From: Octopus sinensis
Lineage: Eukaryota
DNA: 64,000 bases
Direction of reading: 5' to 3'
Assembly: GCF_006345805.1 (NCBI RefSeq)
Contig: NC_042999.1
Coordinates: forward strand, 44,640,001 to 44,704,000
In this document: piece after piece, positions 13,140 through 24,080 of the stretch
Layout of the letters: every line of letters starts with the position of its first letter
How positions within the stretch are numbered: position 1 is the stretch's first letter
Program-made: the position numbers and the translations under genes
Notes under the pieces: generated by a model
Database searches by the model: none
Seen by the model: only the letters and a program-made list of their open reading frames with translations
What the model was told of the DNA's origin: nothing

Positions 13140-13263
13140 TGTTTGTGTATATTAGGCACATATTCTGATAGTTAAGTTTTGCTTCAAGTGTAAAAATGAC
13201 ATAATATTAAGATGCTTGGAATAAAAATATCATGCAAACCTATCTTTTATCCTTAAGTATGTT

Positions 13264-13317
13264 ATGATAATGATGATGATGATGATGATGATAATGATGA
13301 TGATGATGATGATGATA

Positions 13318-13358
<41 letters not shown>

Positions 13359-13500
13359 AATGATGATGATGATAATGATGATGATGATGATGATAATAAT
13401 GATGATGATGATGATGGCAATAATGATGATGACAATGATGATAGTGGTGATGACTACGATGATGGCAGTGGTGATGGCTGTAGTGGTGGTGGTGGTGTGA
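13264..13500. repeat. (ATG)n/(GGT)n trinucleotide tract
   Basis: Direct inspection. Confidence 0.95.
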
Positions 13501-13849
13501 GAGTTGGTAGTATGGATACTGGTGATGTGTGTGCTAGTGTTGCTACTGCTGACAGGAGATAAATATTTCATCCACAGTTTATATTTGTGTGGAAAGTAAT
13601 AACTTAAGAATTGCTCGATAGACATATTTTTATGCTTTTTAAAAAGTAAGTATTACATCTTCTTACAAATCTAGTTTTACTTATCTTCACTTCAAGAAAA
13701 GCCATCAAATAGACATAAGCTCTTGGGAAACATGAGTCTGTTGAATAGAGTTTTGATGTTTCGATTTATGGTTGCAGTCATGTCAGTTCATTTCTATAAT
13801 TTCTTTGTGAAGGTGAGATGATGAGTTGATAAGGTGCTAAACCATGAAT
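13497..13849. repeat. Left arm of a ~350-bp inverted repeat (partner 15785-16140)
   Basis: Reverse-complement match along the arm; both arms translate as MKYLSP(V/I)SSSNT on opposite strands in the ORF track. Confidence 0.85.
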
Positions 13850-14518
13850 GCATGTGTTGGAGAAGCTTTGCAAAAGGACATCCATTTCACAAGTTAATGA
13901 GGACCGAACCAGATGTAATGTTGGACTTACGGTAATTGATTTTATGTGGTAAAAGTAGATTGGTCAGTGTCGAATGTGTTACATATTTTATATTGTAGGT
14001 TATTTCTTATGGAAACAGAGAAGATTGTTGATGTGATGTTTGTATGTGTATGGTGGTGTTAGGGTTGGCACGTGTGTGTGGGAGGGTGGATGGGTGTGGG
14101 GAGGTGTGTTAGTGTGTGTGGGGGTGGATGGGTGTGGGGAGGTTTGTTAGTGTGTGTGTGTGTGGAGGGGTGTATGTGTGTGTGTGTATTGAGTTAGTGA
14201 GAAATTTCAGTGAATGCTCAATAGAACTAGTCAGTTGATGAATTCTTGTTTGAGCATGTGACTGCCTGTGAGTACATGTCCCCAAAAAGGCCCCAAAAGG
14301 TTGAAACAAACCTAGTGCTCTTGCTGGCTACTATTGGGATAAATTTTTATTTTTCTCTCTCTCACTTTCCCTTTCCACCTCTCCCTCTCTCATATTTCTT
14401 GAATTTTTTTACACAGCAAGTCCATAAAAGATGCTATCTTCTGACAAATACTGCAGTAACCAGCCTGTCAGTAGTGTGTATATGTTAAGTATAATTCATA
14501 GATGGCTGTGAGAAGATA

Positions 14519-15482
14519 TGAGGTGATATTAAAAAGTTCCTGGACTAGTTATATTTTATAAAAAATTACTTATTTACCTAAGTTTTAACATTATCTTCAA
14601 AATAGTCACCTTGTGCAGCAATACACCTGTCCCAGCATTCCTGCCACTTTTAGAATCTGGCCTGGAAGTTGCTTTCTGTAAACAAGTTGAGGACTTTCTG
14701 CGGTTCACTCTGGATCCCAACAATGGTATTAAAATGGCAACCTTTGAGCTGCATTTTCCTCTTGGAGAAGAGATGAAATATAGCAGGTGCTAAATCTGGC
14801 AAAAAGGGCTGGTGCAGAAGCAATACCATGTTGTTTTGGGTGAGAAACTCATGAATGAGAAGAACTCAGTGACAGGGTGCATTGTCATTGTGAAGAATAC
14901 AATTCTTCATGTTCCACAGATCCAGTCACTTTCGTCGAATGTCCTTCAAATGCTTCAAAACATTATTTTAGAACTCTTGATTGATGGCTGGCCTTAGGGG
15001 ACGAATTCTTGATGCTCAATACCACATTTCCAACAGTGATACTTGTGACAGATCTTCCAGAGACACTCATTGTCTTCCAGAGACACTCATCTTCTTCAAA
15101 AGTAGAAGTGTGATCTTCCAGATTGCTCATTGTTCTTCCACTTTTGAAGCACCTGTGCCACTCAAATCATTGTGTACAACCCATTGTCTCATCGCCGTAA
15201 GCTTTCCAAAGCATGCTTAATATCTCTGAGGCAGACTCGCCAAGTTTAATGCAAAATTTCACGTTGGCTCTTTGTTCCTCTTCATGACAAAATCGAAGAC
15301 TACATGATCACAAAACACAAATTTCATGATCACATGATCACAAAAACACAAATTTCACAACTTGCAACACAAACACAGTGATGTCACTCAGCACACTGCC
15401 TCATAACAATCACTGTTAGCTCTCATTTCACATGCAATTGTATATTGCCATCTGTTGGTGCAACTTTTTGATGCCACCTCTG
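14519..15482 (-). mobile_element. Internally deleted mariner-type transposon
   Basis: TIRs GAGGTGATATTAAAAAGTT and, in reverse, GAGGTGGCATCAAAAAGTT. The minus strand gives a transposase N-terminus (EQRANVKFC.KLGKSASE..) and C-terminus (WQECWDRCIAAQGDYFE). Confidence 0.75.
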
Positions 15483-15784
15483 AAGTTAATCCTATTTCTG
15501 CATTGTGCTTGTGTAACAATTACATTCTTCACAATTTCCTGCACAACAAAACTAATGTAAATATGTGAAAACCCAAAGGGCTTTCCAAAGCTGGTTCATA
15601 ATTTTGGTGTGAAGTGAACAAGAGAGAAAACACTTCCCTGGATATGACACTAGTTTATGAAGCAGTAACATTCCCAGAGGATCTGTTACCTAAGCCAAGT
15701 AAAGTAAGTATATATAGAAAGTAAAGACTTCTGCCGAGAAAGGCAATGAAATATTTACAATGGATTTAAACTCACAATGTACGG

Positions 15785-16140
15785 TGTTCATCGTTTAGCA
15801 CCTAATCAACTCATCATCTCACCTTCTCAAAGAGATGATAGAAATGAACTGAAATGACTGCAACCATAAATCAAAACATCAAAACTCTATTCAACAGACT
15901 CATGTTTTCCAAGAGCTTATGTCTATTTGATGGCTTTCCTGAAGTGAAGATAAGTAAACTCGATTTGTAAGAAGTTGTAATGCTTACCTAAAAATATCAA
16001 GCAATTCTTAGTGTTCCATAAGTTGTTACTTTCCACTCGAATATAAACTGTGGATGAAATATTTATCCCCTATCAGCAGCAGCAACACCGACACCAACAC
16101 CAGTAACACTAGTACCTGCTTCACCAGTGTCCATACCACC
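15785..16140. repeat. Right arm of the ~350-bp inverted repeat
   Basis: Reverse complement of 13497-13849. Confidence 0.85.
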
Positions 16141-16233
16141 ACCACCCCTCCCCTTCCCCTCCCCCTCCTCCCCCCTCCTCCACCACAACCACCACCACCA
16201 CCACCGCCAACATGTGTATATAAATATATGTGT

Positions 16234-16790
16234 ATCATCATCATCGTTTAACGTCCACTTTCCATGCTAGCATGGGTTGGACGGTTTGACTGGGAACTAG
16301 TGAGCCAGATGGCTGCCCCAGGCTCCAATCTGACCTGGCAGAGTTTCTACAGCTGGATGCCCTTCCTAACGCCAACCACTCTGAGAGTGTAGTGGGTGCT
16401 TTTACGTGCCACAGGCATGAGGGTCAGTCATGTGGTACTGGCAACGGCCATGCTCAAATGGTGTTTTTACATATCACCTGCACAGGAGCCAGTCCAGCGG
16501 CACTGGCAACACCCTCGCTTGAATGTTGTTTTTCACGTACCACCGGCACAAGTGCCAGTAAGGCGACGCTGGCAATGATCACGCTTGGATGGTGCTCTTA
16601 GCACTCCACTAGCATGGCTGCCAGTCATGCGGTGCTGTCATTGAATTTGATTTCTATTTCACTTGCCTCAACAGGTCTTCGCAAGCAGAGTTTAGTGTCT
16701 AATGAAAGAAAGGTACGCCTAAGTGGGCTGGTTACACCACTGGCATAGGCCACAGGTTATGGTCTCACTTGGCTTGCTGGGTCTTCTCAA

Positions 16791-16795
<5 letters not shown>
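16234..16795 (-). mobile_element. RTE LINE 3' end (stop-codon region, 3' UTR, tail) on the minus strand
   Basis: The reverse complement runs from TGCTTGAGAAGACCCAGCAAGCCAAGTGA (cf. 18430-18456) through the repeat units to GGACGTTAAACGATGATGATG. Confidence 0.8.
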
Positions 16796-16842
<47 letters not shown>

Positions 16843-16849
<7 letters not shown>

Positions 16850-18456
16850 GCATGAAGGCAATTAGAAGCATGAAGACAGGGAAAGCCCCAGGCCCATCAG
16901 GTATCACTGCAGAGATGCTCAAAATATCTGGTAGTGTCGGCTATAGCCTAGTCACCTGTATAGTTAATCAGGTGATACATGAAGGAGTCATACCCAATGA
17001 CTGGTGTAGCAGCATAATAGTCAACTGCTACAAAGGTAAAGGTGATGCCCTAGATACAAATAATTACAGAGGTATCAAGCTGTTGGATCAGGTGATGAAG
17101 GTTACAGAGAGGGTCATAAGCCAACTAATTAGAGAGAGAGTTAGTTTAGATGAGATGCAGTTTGGTTTCGTGCCAGGGAAAAGTACCACTGATGCTATAT
17201 TCCTGGTAAGGCAGCTGCAGGAGAAATACCTAGCCAAAGATAAGGCCCTGTACCTGGCTTTTGTTGACATGGAGAAAGCCTTCGACAGGGTCCCCCGATC
17301 CCTCATATGGTGGTCAATGAGGAAACTAGGAATAGATGAATGGTTAGTGAGAGCTGTGCAAGCCATGTACAGGGACGCTGCTAGTAAGGTGAGGGTTGGA
17401 AATGAGTACAGTGAAGAATTCCGGGTAGAGGTAGGGGTCCACCAAGGCTCAGTCCTCAGCCCCCTCCTATTTATCATAGTCCTCCAGGCAATAACGGAGG
17501 AATTCAAGACAGGATGCCCCTGGGAGCTCCTCTATGCTGATGACCTTGCTCTAATTGCTGAGTCATTATCAGAACTGGAGAAGAAGTTTCAGGTGTGGAA
17601 GCATGGTTTAGAATCGAAGGGCCTTAGAGTCAACCTAGCTAAAACCAAAGTCGTAATAAGTAGGAAGGTAGACAAATCACAAACGCCTTCAGGTAGATGG
17701 CCCTGCTCGATCTGTAGAAAAGGTGTAGGTAGAAACTCTATAAGATGCACCAAGTGTAAGCTATGGACACATAAGAGGTGCAGCAATGTCATAGGAAGGC
17801 TAACTAGGAAGATGGTTTTTGTATGTGGCAGATGCTCGGGAGCATTAACCTCTGAAAATCTGCAGAAAACAACTTCCGTCACTTTCCAGGGGGAAAAACT
17901 AGAAGTAGTTGATAGCTTCCGTTATCTTGGTGACCAAGTCAGTAGTGGGGGTGGGTGTGCTGAAAGTGTAACGGCTAGAGTAAGAATAGCCTGGGCAAAG
18001 TTTAGGGAGCTCTTACCTCTGTTGGTGACTAAAGGCCTCTCGCTCAGAGTAAAAGGCAGACTGTATGATGCATGTGTACGAACAGCCATGCTACATGGCA
18101 GTGAAACATGGGCCGTGACTGCTGAGGACATGCGTAAGCTCGCGAGAAATGAAGCTAGTATGCTCCGTTGGATGTGTAATGTCAGTGTTCATAGTCGACA
18201 GAGTGTAAGTACCTTGAGAGAAAAGTTGGACCTAAGAGGCATCAGATGTTGTGTGCAAGAGAGACGATTGCACTGGTATGGTCATGTGGTGAGAATGGAT
18301 GAAGATAGGTGTGTGAAAAAGTGCCACACCCTGGCAGTTGAGGGGACCTGTGGAAGAGGTAGACCCAGGAAAACTCTAGGTCTCACCAAGGAAATGACCA
18401 GAGACCGAGACCTATGGAAGTATGCTGTGCGTGAGAAGACCCGGCAAGACCAGTGA
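16843..18456 (+). CDS. RTE reverse transcriptase (partial) with an internal PHD-like zinc finger
   Basis: KAPGPSG, NYRGIKLL, QFGFVPGKSTTD, FVDMEKAFDRV, GVHQGSVLSP, LLYADD, FRYLG and RLHWYGHV motifs. The first ~40 residues of the tracked ORF 16723-18456 are SINE and (TA)n sequence, not LINE. Confidence 0.9.
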
Positions 18457-18503
18457 GAACAATCAAAATCAAATCATATATCAGAAAGCAGGGGTTAAGT
18501 GAC

Positions 18504-19114
18504 CCATCCGTTCGTGTCCGCTGTCAGCCTCATCTGGCACCCGTGCCGGTGATACGTAAAAGCACCATTCGCTCGTGGCCGTTTTCCAGCTCTGCCTGGC
18601 CCCGTGTCGGTGGCACGTAAAAGCACCATCCGTTCGTGTTCGTTGCCAGCCTCGCCTGGCCCCGTGCCGGTGACACGTAAAAGCACCATCCGTTCGTGGC
18701 CGTTTGCCAGCTCTGTCTGGCCCCGTGTCGGTGGCACGTAAAAGCACCATCCGTTCGTGGCCGTTTGCCAGCTCTGTCTGGCCCCATGTCGGTGGCACGT
18801 AAAAGCACCATCCGTTCGTGTCCGTTGCCAGACTCGGCTGGCCCCCATGCCGGTGACACGTAAAAGCACCGTCCGCTCATGGCCGTTTGCCAGCTCTGTC
18901 TGGCAACCGTGTCGGTGGCACGTAAAAGCACCGTCCGTTTGTGGCCGGTTGCCAGCTCCGTCTGGCCCCATGTCGGTGGCACATAAAAGCACCATCCGTT
19001 CGTGTCCATTGCCAGCATCGCCTGGCCCCGTGCCGGTGACACGTAAAAGCACCATCCGTTCGTGGCCGTTCGCCAGCTCTGTCTGGCACCTGTGCAGGTG
19101 GCACGTAAAAAACA
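18504..19114 (+). repeat. Tandem array of ten 60-62-bp units in the RTE 3' UTR
   Basis: Unit starts at 18504, 18565, 18626, 18686, 18747, 18808, 18869, 18931, 18992 and 19052; consensus CCATCCGTTCGTGGCCGTTTGCCAGCTCTGTCTGGCCCCGTGTCGGTGGCACGTAAAAGCA. Confidence 0.95.
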
Positions 19115-19690
19115 CCCACTACACTCGCGGAGTGGTTGGCGTTAGGAAGGGCATCCAGCCGTAGAAACACTGCCAGATCTGACTGGGCCTGATGAAGCCT
19201 TCCAGCTTCACAGACCCCAGTTGACCCGTCCAACCCATGCTAGCATGGAAAGCGGACGCTAAACGATGATGATGATGATGATGATGATATATATATATAT
19301 ATATAAAATTATATATATATATATGTATACATATACACACACACATGCACATACATATATGTACATATATGTGCATATATATATCTGTATAGGTATATAC
19401 ACATATGCATCACACACACACACACCCATATATACGTACATACACACACACCCATACATACACTTATATGTTGACATCATAAGAGTTATATAAATGTGCC
19501 CCAGCACTGTTGCACCTCTCTGTTGCACAGGATGTTTTGTGTTCTTGTCCCATTTTTGTATTTTTTATATATAAAATATAGCAGCGTACGTACACTTTGA
19601 TGTCTTATCTATATATATATGTTAAATAAAATAAGACAACATAGCTGAGGCTATGTGGAACTTTTAGGACATCTATAAAGAGAAAGTTAG

Positions 19691-19736
19691 TCTTACAGCT
19701 GTTTCTGAGATATTAAGGATATCCCTTCATCAGAGA
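19691..19736 (-). ncRNA. Minimal type I hammerhead ribozyme motif
   Basis: Minus strand: TCT-CTGATGA-a GGGATA tcctta TATCTC a-GAA-ACAGCTGT-A-AGA. Intact core, palindromic stem III region, GUA site, 3-bp stem I. Confidence 0.65.
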
Positions 19737-20178
19737 TGATATGAGAGAGCTAAACAGAGGGAAATAGTAGAGTTCAACATAAGGGGTTATTTTGGAAAAG
19801 GATGGAAATAAGAAAAATAATGGGAAATAAGAGAATAAAAGTAAAAATAAAAATATATGTAGGATGTTACAGTTGCAGTTCCATTATCCGGGAAAGTGCT
19901 GTGTAGAATGGATAGAAATGCTTCTTGTCCATGGTATGTAAATTCTGATAGGAGTTCATATTTTGTTATTACAATTGGATAAAGTAGATATATATACATA
20001 TATACATAGACACACGTATACGTATATATATGCATGCATGTATAAATTTCTCTCTCTATACGTGTATATACATATGTTCATACACACTAACACACACAGA
20101 CATCTGTAACCCTAGTTTTTTGTACCTCTTAGTCAGGAGGGCAAGGCAGCACCCTTGAGCCTTTATAAAGCTGCTGAG

Positions 20179-20235
<57 letters not shown>

Positions 20236-20556
20236 TCAAACCAGAGACCTAACTCAAAAGCTTACAACAAACTCCACTAAAGGTATCTAATGACCAGATT
20301 ATAATGTTAAAACTGGGTTACAGATTAAGTTAACCATCTCAAACAAGCTATGTCAGGATTTGAACTTAGAATGCAAAGAACTGGAACAAATACCATAAGG
20401 CACTCTAATAGACTCTGCAACCTCATTGAATTTGACTGGTTGTTTACCAACTTTGCAAAGACATAAAAGCAAATTTGACCTTGGTAAGATTTGAACTTGG
20501 AATTAAGGCAGTTGGAATATATGTACTATAAGGCATTTTGCCCGATGCCCTAATGA

Positions 20557-20757
20557 CTCAACCAATTTGACATCAATAATCACTTTGCTGCCCATAATCA
20601 ATTGGCTGCCTATATCTAGTTTGCTGTTTCTAACAAATTTGATGCCTCTGATGCTTTTGTCATCTATGACCAATTTACTGCCTATAACCAATTTGGCACC
20701 AGTAATCAATTCTCTGCCTATAACTAATTTGCTGTTTATAATCAATTTACTGCTTAA
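20557..20757. repeat. Degenerate 18-bp minisatellite (~11 units)
   Basis: Consensus TATAACCAATTTGCTGCC; the period is kept throughout. Confidence 0.75.
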
Positions 20758-21259
20758 AAATCAATTCCTTACCTGTATCCAGTTGACTGGCATCATGCCT
20801 ATTTTCCACCTATTTTTGTGATTCAGGAGTGAGCAATGGTAAATTTGCTCTTCTCAAAGCATGTCCAATTAGATTTAATCTTTTTTTAATGTAAAATGCT
20901 ATTTGTTGCAAAAGTATGATGTTCTTGCAATTAATCATTCATTAATTATTTTTTTTTTCTTCTGGAAAATTAACTTCAAGTACAAATAAAAAAAAAAAAG
21001 AGTAATTTTCAGCATTTATCTCCTGCTAATGCTTCCCTTTCTCTGATATGCAATTAATTGTGATTTTTTTCCCCACTTCTGCAGCTTGAGAATCAGAAAT
21101 GGAGGTTTAAATCTTAATACAATGTAAATTTCCTTGATGACTACACTAAAATTTTCTGACAAAATGTTGAAGCTGCTTTAACCTTTTATCTTTTACTTGT
21201 TTCAGTCATTAGATTGTAGCCATGCTGGGGCACCACCTTGAAGAATTTTTAGTCAAATG

Positions 21260-21669
21260 GCAGTGAGCTGGCAGAAGTGTTAACACGCCAGGCGAAATTC
21301 TTGGCGGTATTTTGTCTGCCGTTTTGTCTGAGTTCAAATTCCCAAGGTCAACTTTGCCTTTCATCCTTTCAGGGTTGATTAAATAAGTACCAATTACGCA
21401 CTGGGGTCGATATAATCAACTCAATCCATTTGTCTGTCCTTGTTTGTCCCCTCTGTGTGTAGCCCCTTGTGGGTAGTAAAGAAATAGGTATTTCGTCTGC
21501 CGTTAAGTTCTGAGTTCAAATTCCGCCGAGGTCGACTTTGCCTTTCATCCTTTCGGGGTCGATAAATTAAGTACCAGTTACGCACTGGGGTCAATATGAT
21601 CGACTTAATCTGTTTGTCTGTCCTTGTTTGTCCCCTCTATGTTTAGCCCCTTGTGGGCAATAAACAAAT
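21260..21669 (+). mobile_element. SINE with internal tandem duplication and a 19-bp target-site duplication, nested in another SINE
   Basis: AAGAATTTTTAGTCAAATG at 21241-21259 and 21670-21688. B-box-like GAGTTCAAATTCC; body duplicated (~21310-21490 and ~21490-21669). Confidence 0.85.
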
Positions 21670-21949
21670 AAGAATTTTTAGTCAAATGAATCAATCCCAG
21701 TACATTTTTTAAAGCCTGGTACTCATTTTATTGGTTCTCTTTTGCTGAACTGCTAAGTTATGGGCATGTGAACACATCAACACCAGTTATTAAGCAGTGG
21801 TAGAAGACAAACACACACACACATGATGGGCTTCTTTCAGTTTCCATCAACCAGATCCACTCACAAGGCTTTGGTCAGCCCAAGGCTATAGTAGAGGACA
21901 CTTGCCCAAGGTGTCATGCAGTGGGACTGAACCTGGAACTGTGTGATCT

Positions 21950-22172
21950 TATTTCTTTATTGCCCACAAGGGGCTAAACACAGAGGGGACAAGCAAGGAC
22001 AGACAAAGGGATTAAGTCGATTACATCGACCCCAGTGTGTAACTTGTACTTAATTTATCGACCCCGAAAGGATGAAAGGCAAAATTGACCTCAGAGGAAT
22101 TTGAACTCAGAACGTAACAGCAGACGAAATACTGCTAAGCATTTTGCCCTGCGTGCTAACGTTTCTGCCAGC
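21950..22172 (-). mobile_element. Inverted copy of the same SINE family, nested in a CORE-like SINE
   Basis: Reverse complement matches 21260-21490. The host SINE sequence resumes at AAGCTTCTTACCACACAGCC. Confidence 0.8.
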
Positions 22173-23279
22173 AAGCTTCTTACCACACAGCCATGTCTGT
22201 GCCTATAATTATAAAAGAGAAAATAGCTTAGGAGATAGTGCATCTGAGGATGAAAAGTTGGTGTATGTTCGTGAGTGATTTCATGCCACTAAGTTGGATG
22301 GCTTGTTGATTGTAGATAACTTTATAAGAAAAGTCTGCTATATATATATTCTTGATCTCCAGGTGAGCTGGGACAATGAGCATTATAGAGTATTGAGAAA
22401 TATATGTATTACGCTTTTAGCTTTTTAATGAATCATGCACTCTTTATGTATAGAACATACATGTAAGTTGTGTTTGCATTGAAGATTCAATGCTGCTAAT
22501 ACACACCACTATACTATATAGCTGCTACACACTTTTTATTTATAATACAATTATAATACAGATAGCCTACCCTCTCTACTCATAATATAGGTTGCCCACA
22601 CTCTGTAATAGGTACCTGACACTCTTTAATTTTATTGTACATATGTTATATTCTACTTTTAATGTAGGTACCCTATAATAACTACTTCTAATATAAGCAC
22701 TCCACATTCTCTAATATAGATAATTATCATCCGCTGTTTCTAATATAGGTTTGCCACCCTCTCCAGTAGGTACCCTACAACCTCTCCTTCTAATAAGGTT
22801 ACCCATATTCAGTAATATAGATACCCTATTCTCCTTAATATAGGTATACCATCCTCCCTATTTCTATTATTGGTACTCCATACCCAAAATGCTTAATGAC
22901 ATTTCTTTCCCCTCTTCATATTCTGAGTTCAAATGTTACTGAGGTCAACTTTGCCTTTATCCTTGTAGTGCTGATAAAATATGTACCAGTCAAACACTGG
23001 GGTCTAAATAATCAACTTGCACTCCTTCCAACTGTCAGCCTTGTGCCAGAGTTAGCAAGAATAATAAGTAACCCATACTCCCTAATTCTATATTTACTCT
23101 CTAGTATAGGTACCCCACATTCTGTACTTTTAATATAGGCATCCCATACTATGTAAAATAGGTACCCCAAACTCTCTACATCTAATATAGGAGCCTCAAA
23201 GTCTCTAAATATAGCTATCTCTCACCCTGTACTCTGTACTATAAAGGTATACATACGTATATATATATATATATATATA

Positions 23280-23627
23280 TCGTGGCTGTTGCCAGTGCCG
23301 CCCCGACTGGCCTCCGTGCCGGTGGCATGTAAAAAGTACCATCCGTTCGTGGCCGTTGCCAGCCTCGCCTGGCCCCTGTGCCAGTGGCACATAAAAAGCA
23401 CCATCCGTCCGTGGCCGTCTGCCAGCTCCGTCTGGCACCTGTACGGGTGGCACATAAAAAGCACCCACTACACTCTCGGAGTGGTTGGCGTTAGGAAGGG
23501 CATCCAGCTGTAGAAACACTGCCAGATCAAACTGGGCCGGAAGCAGCCTTCTGGCTTCACAGACCCCAGTTGAACCGTCCAACCCATGCTAGCATGGAAA
23601 GCGGACGCTAAATGATGATGATGATAT
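23280..23627 (+). mobile_element. RTE 3' UTR copy (~3 repeat units plus tail)
   Basis: Same units and terminal block as 18504-19286. Confidence 0.85.
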
Positions 23628-23768
23628 ATATATATATATATATATATACCTATATATAAAGTTGTTTGTTTTCTGTGGTAAGAGCTCCATGCAGAGTTCC
23701 TTACATAGAATTGGGATAGTCTTTGTAAATCTGCCTAAGAACTGTTTATCCATGAGTATGATCTATAG

Positions 23769-24080
23769 ATGTGGAGGCACAATGGCCCAGTGGTTAGAGC
23801 AGCGGACTCACGGTCGGAGGATTGCGGTTTCGATCTCCAGACCGGGCGTTGTGTGTGTTTATTGAGCGAAAACACCTAAAAGCTCCACGAGGCTCCGGCA
23901 GTGGGTGGTGGCAACCTCTGTTGTACTCTTTTGCCACAACTTTCTCTCGCTCTCTTTTCCTGTTTCTTGAGTAATGCTGTGAAGGACTGGCATCCCGTCC
24001 AGCTGGGAGGAACACATACACCACAGAAACCAGGAAACCAGGCCCATGAGCCTGGCTAGGCTTGAAAAGGGCGACATTTA
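23769..24080 (+). mobile_element. tRNA-derived SINE
   Basis: A-box TGGCCCAGTGG and B-box GGTTTCGATCTCC; 3' end shared with 27319-27580. Confidence 0.85.

Larger units (their letters stand above)
16843..19286 (+). mobile_element. 5'-truncated RTE-clade LINE (RT, 3' UTR with tandem array, (GAT)n tail)
   Basis: Uninterrupted RT ORF followed by the 61-bp array, the conserved 3' block and (GAT)n. Confidence 0.92.

Noticed and set aside
18504-19114. CRISPR-like appearance of the 61-bp array
   Set aside because: Whole units are homologous with no unique spacers, there are no cas genes, and the array lies in a eukaryotic LINE 3' UTR.
19189-19195. CTGATGA (and CTGACGA at ~59024) in the RTE terminal block as a hammerhead core
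   Set aside because: No GAAA follows a stem II, the permuted arrangement does not give stems I and III, and other copies have different bases here.
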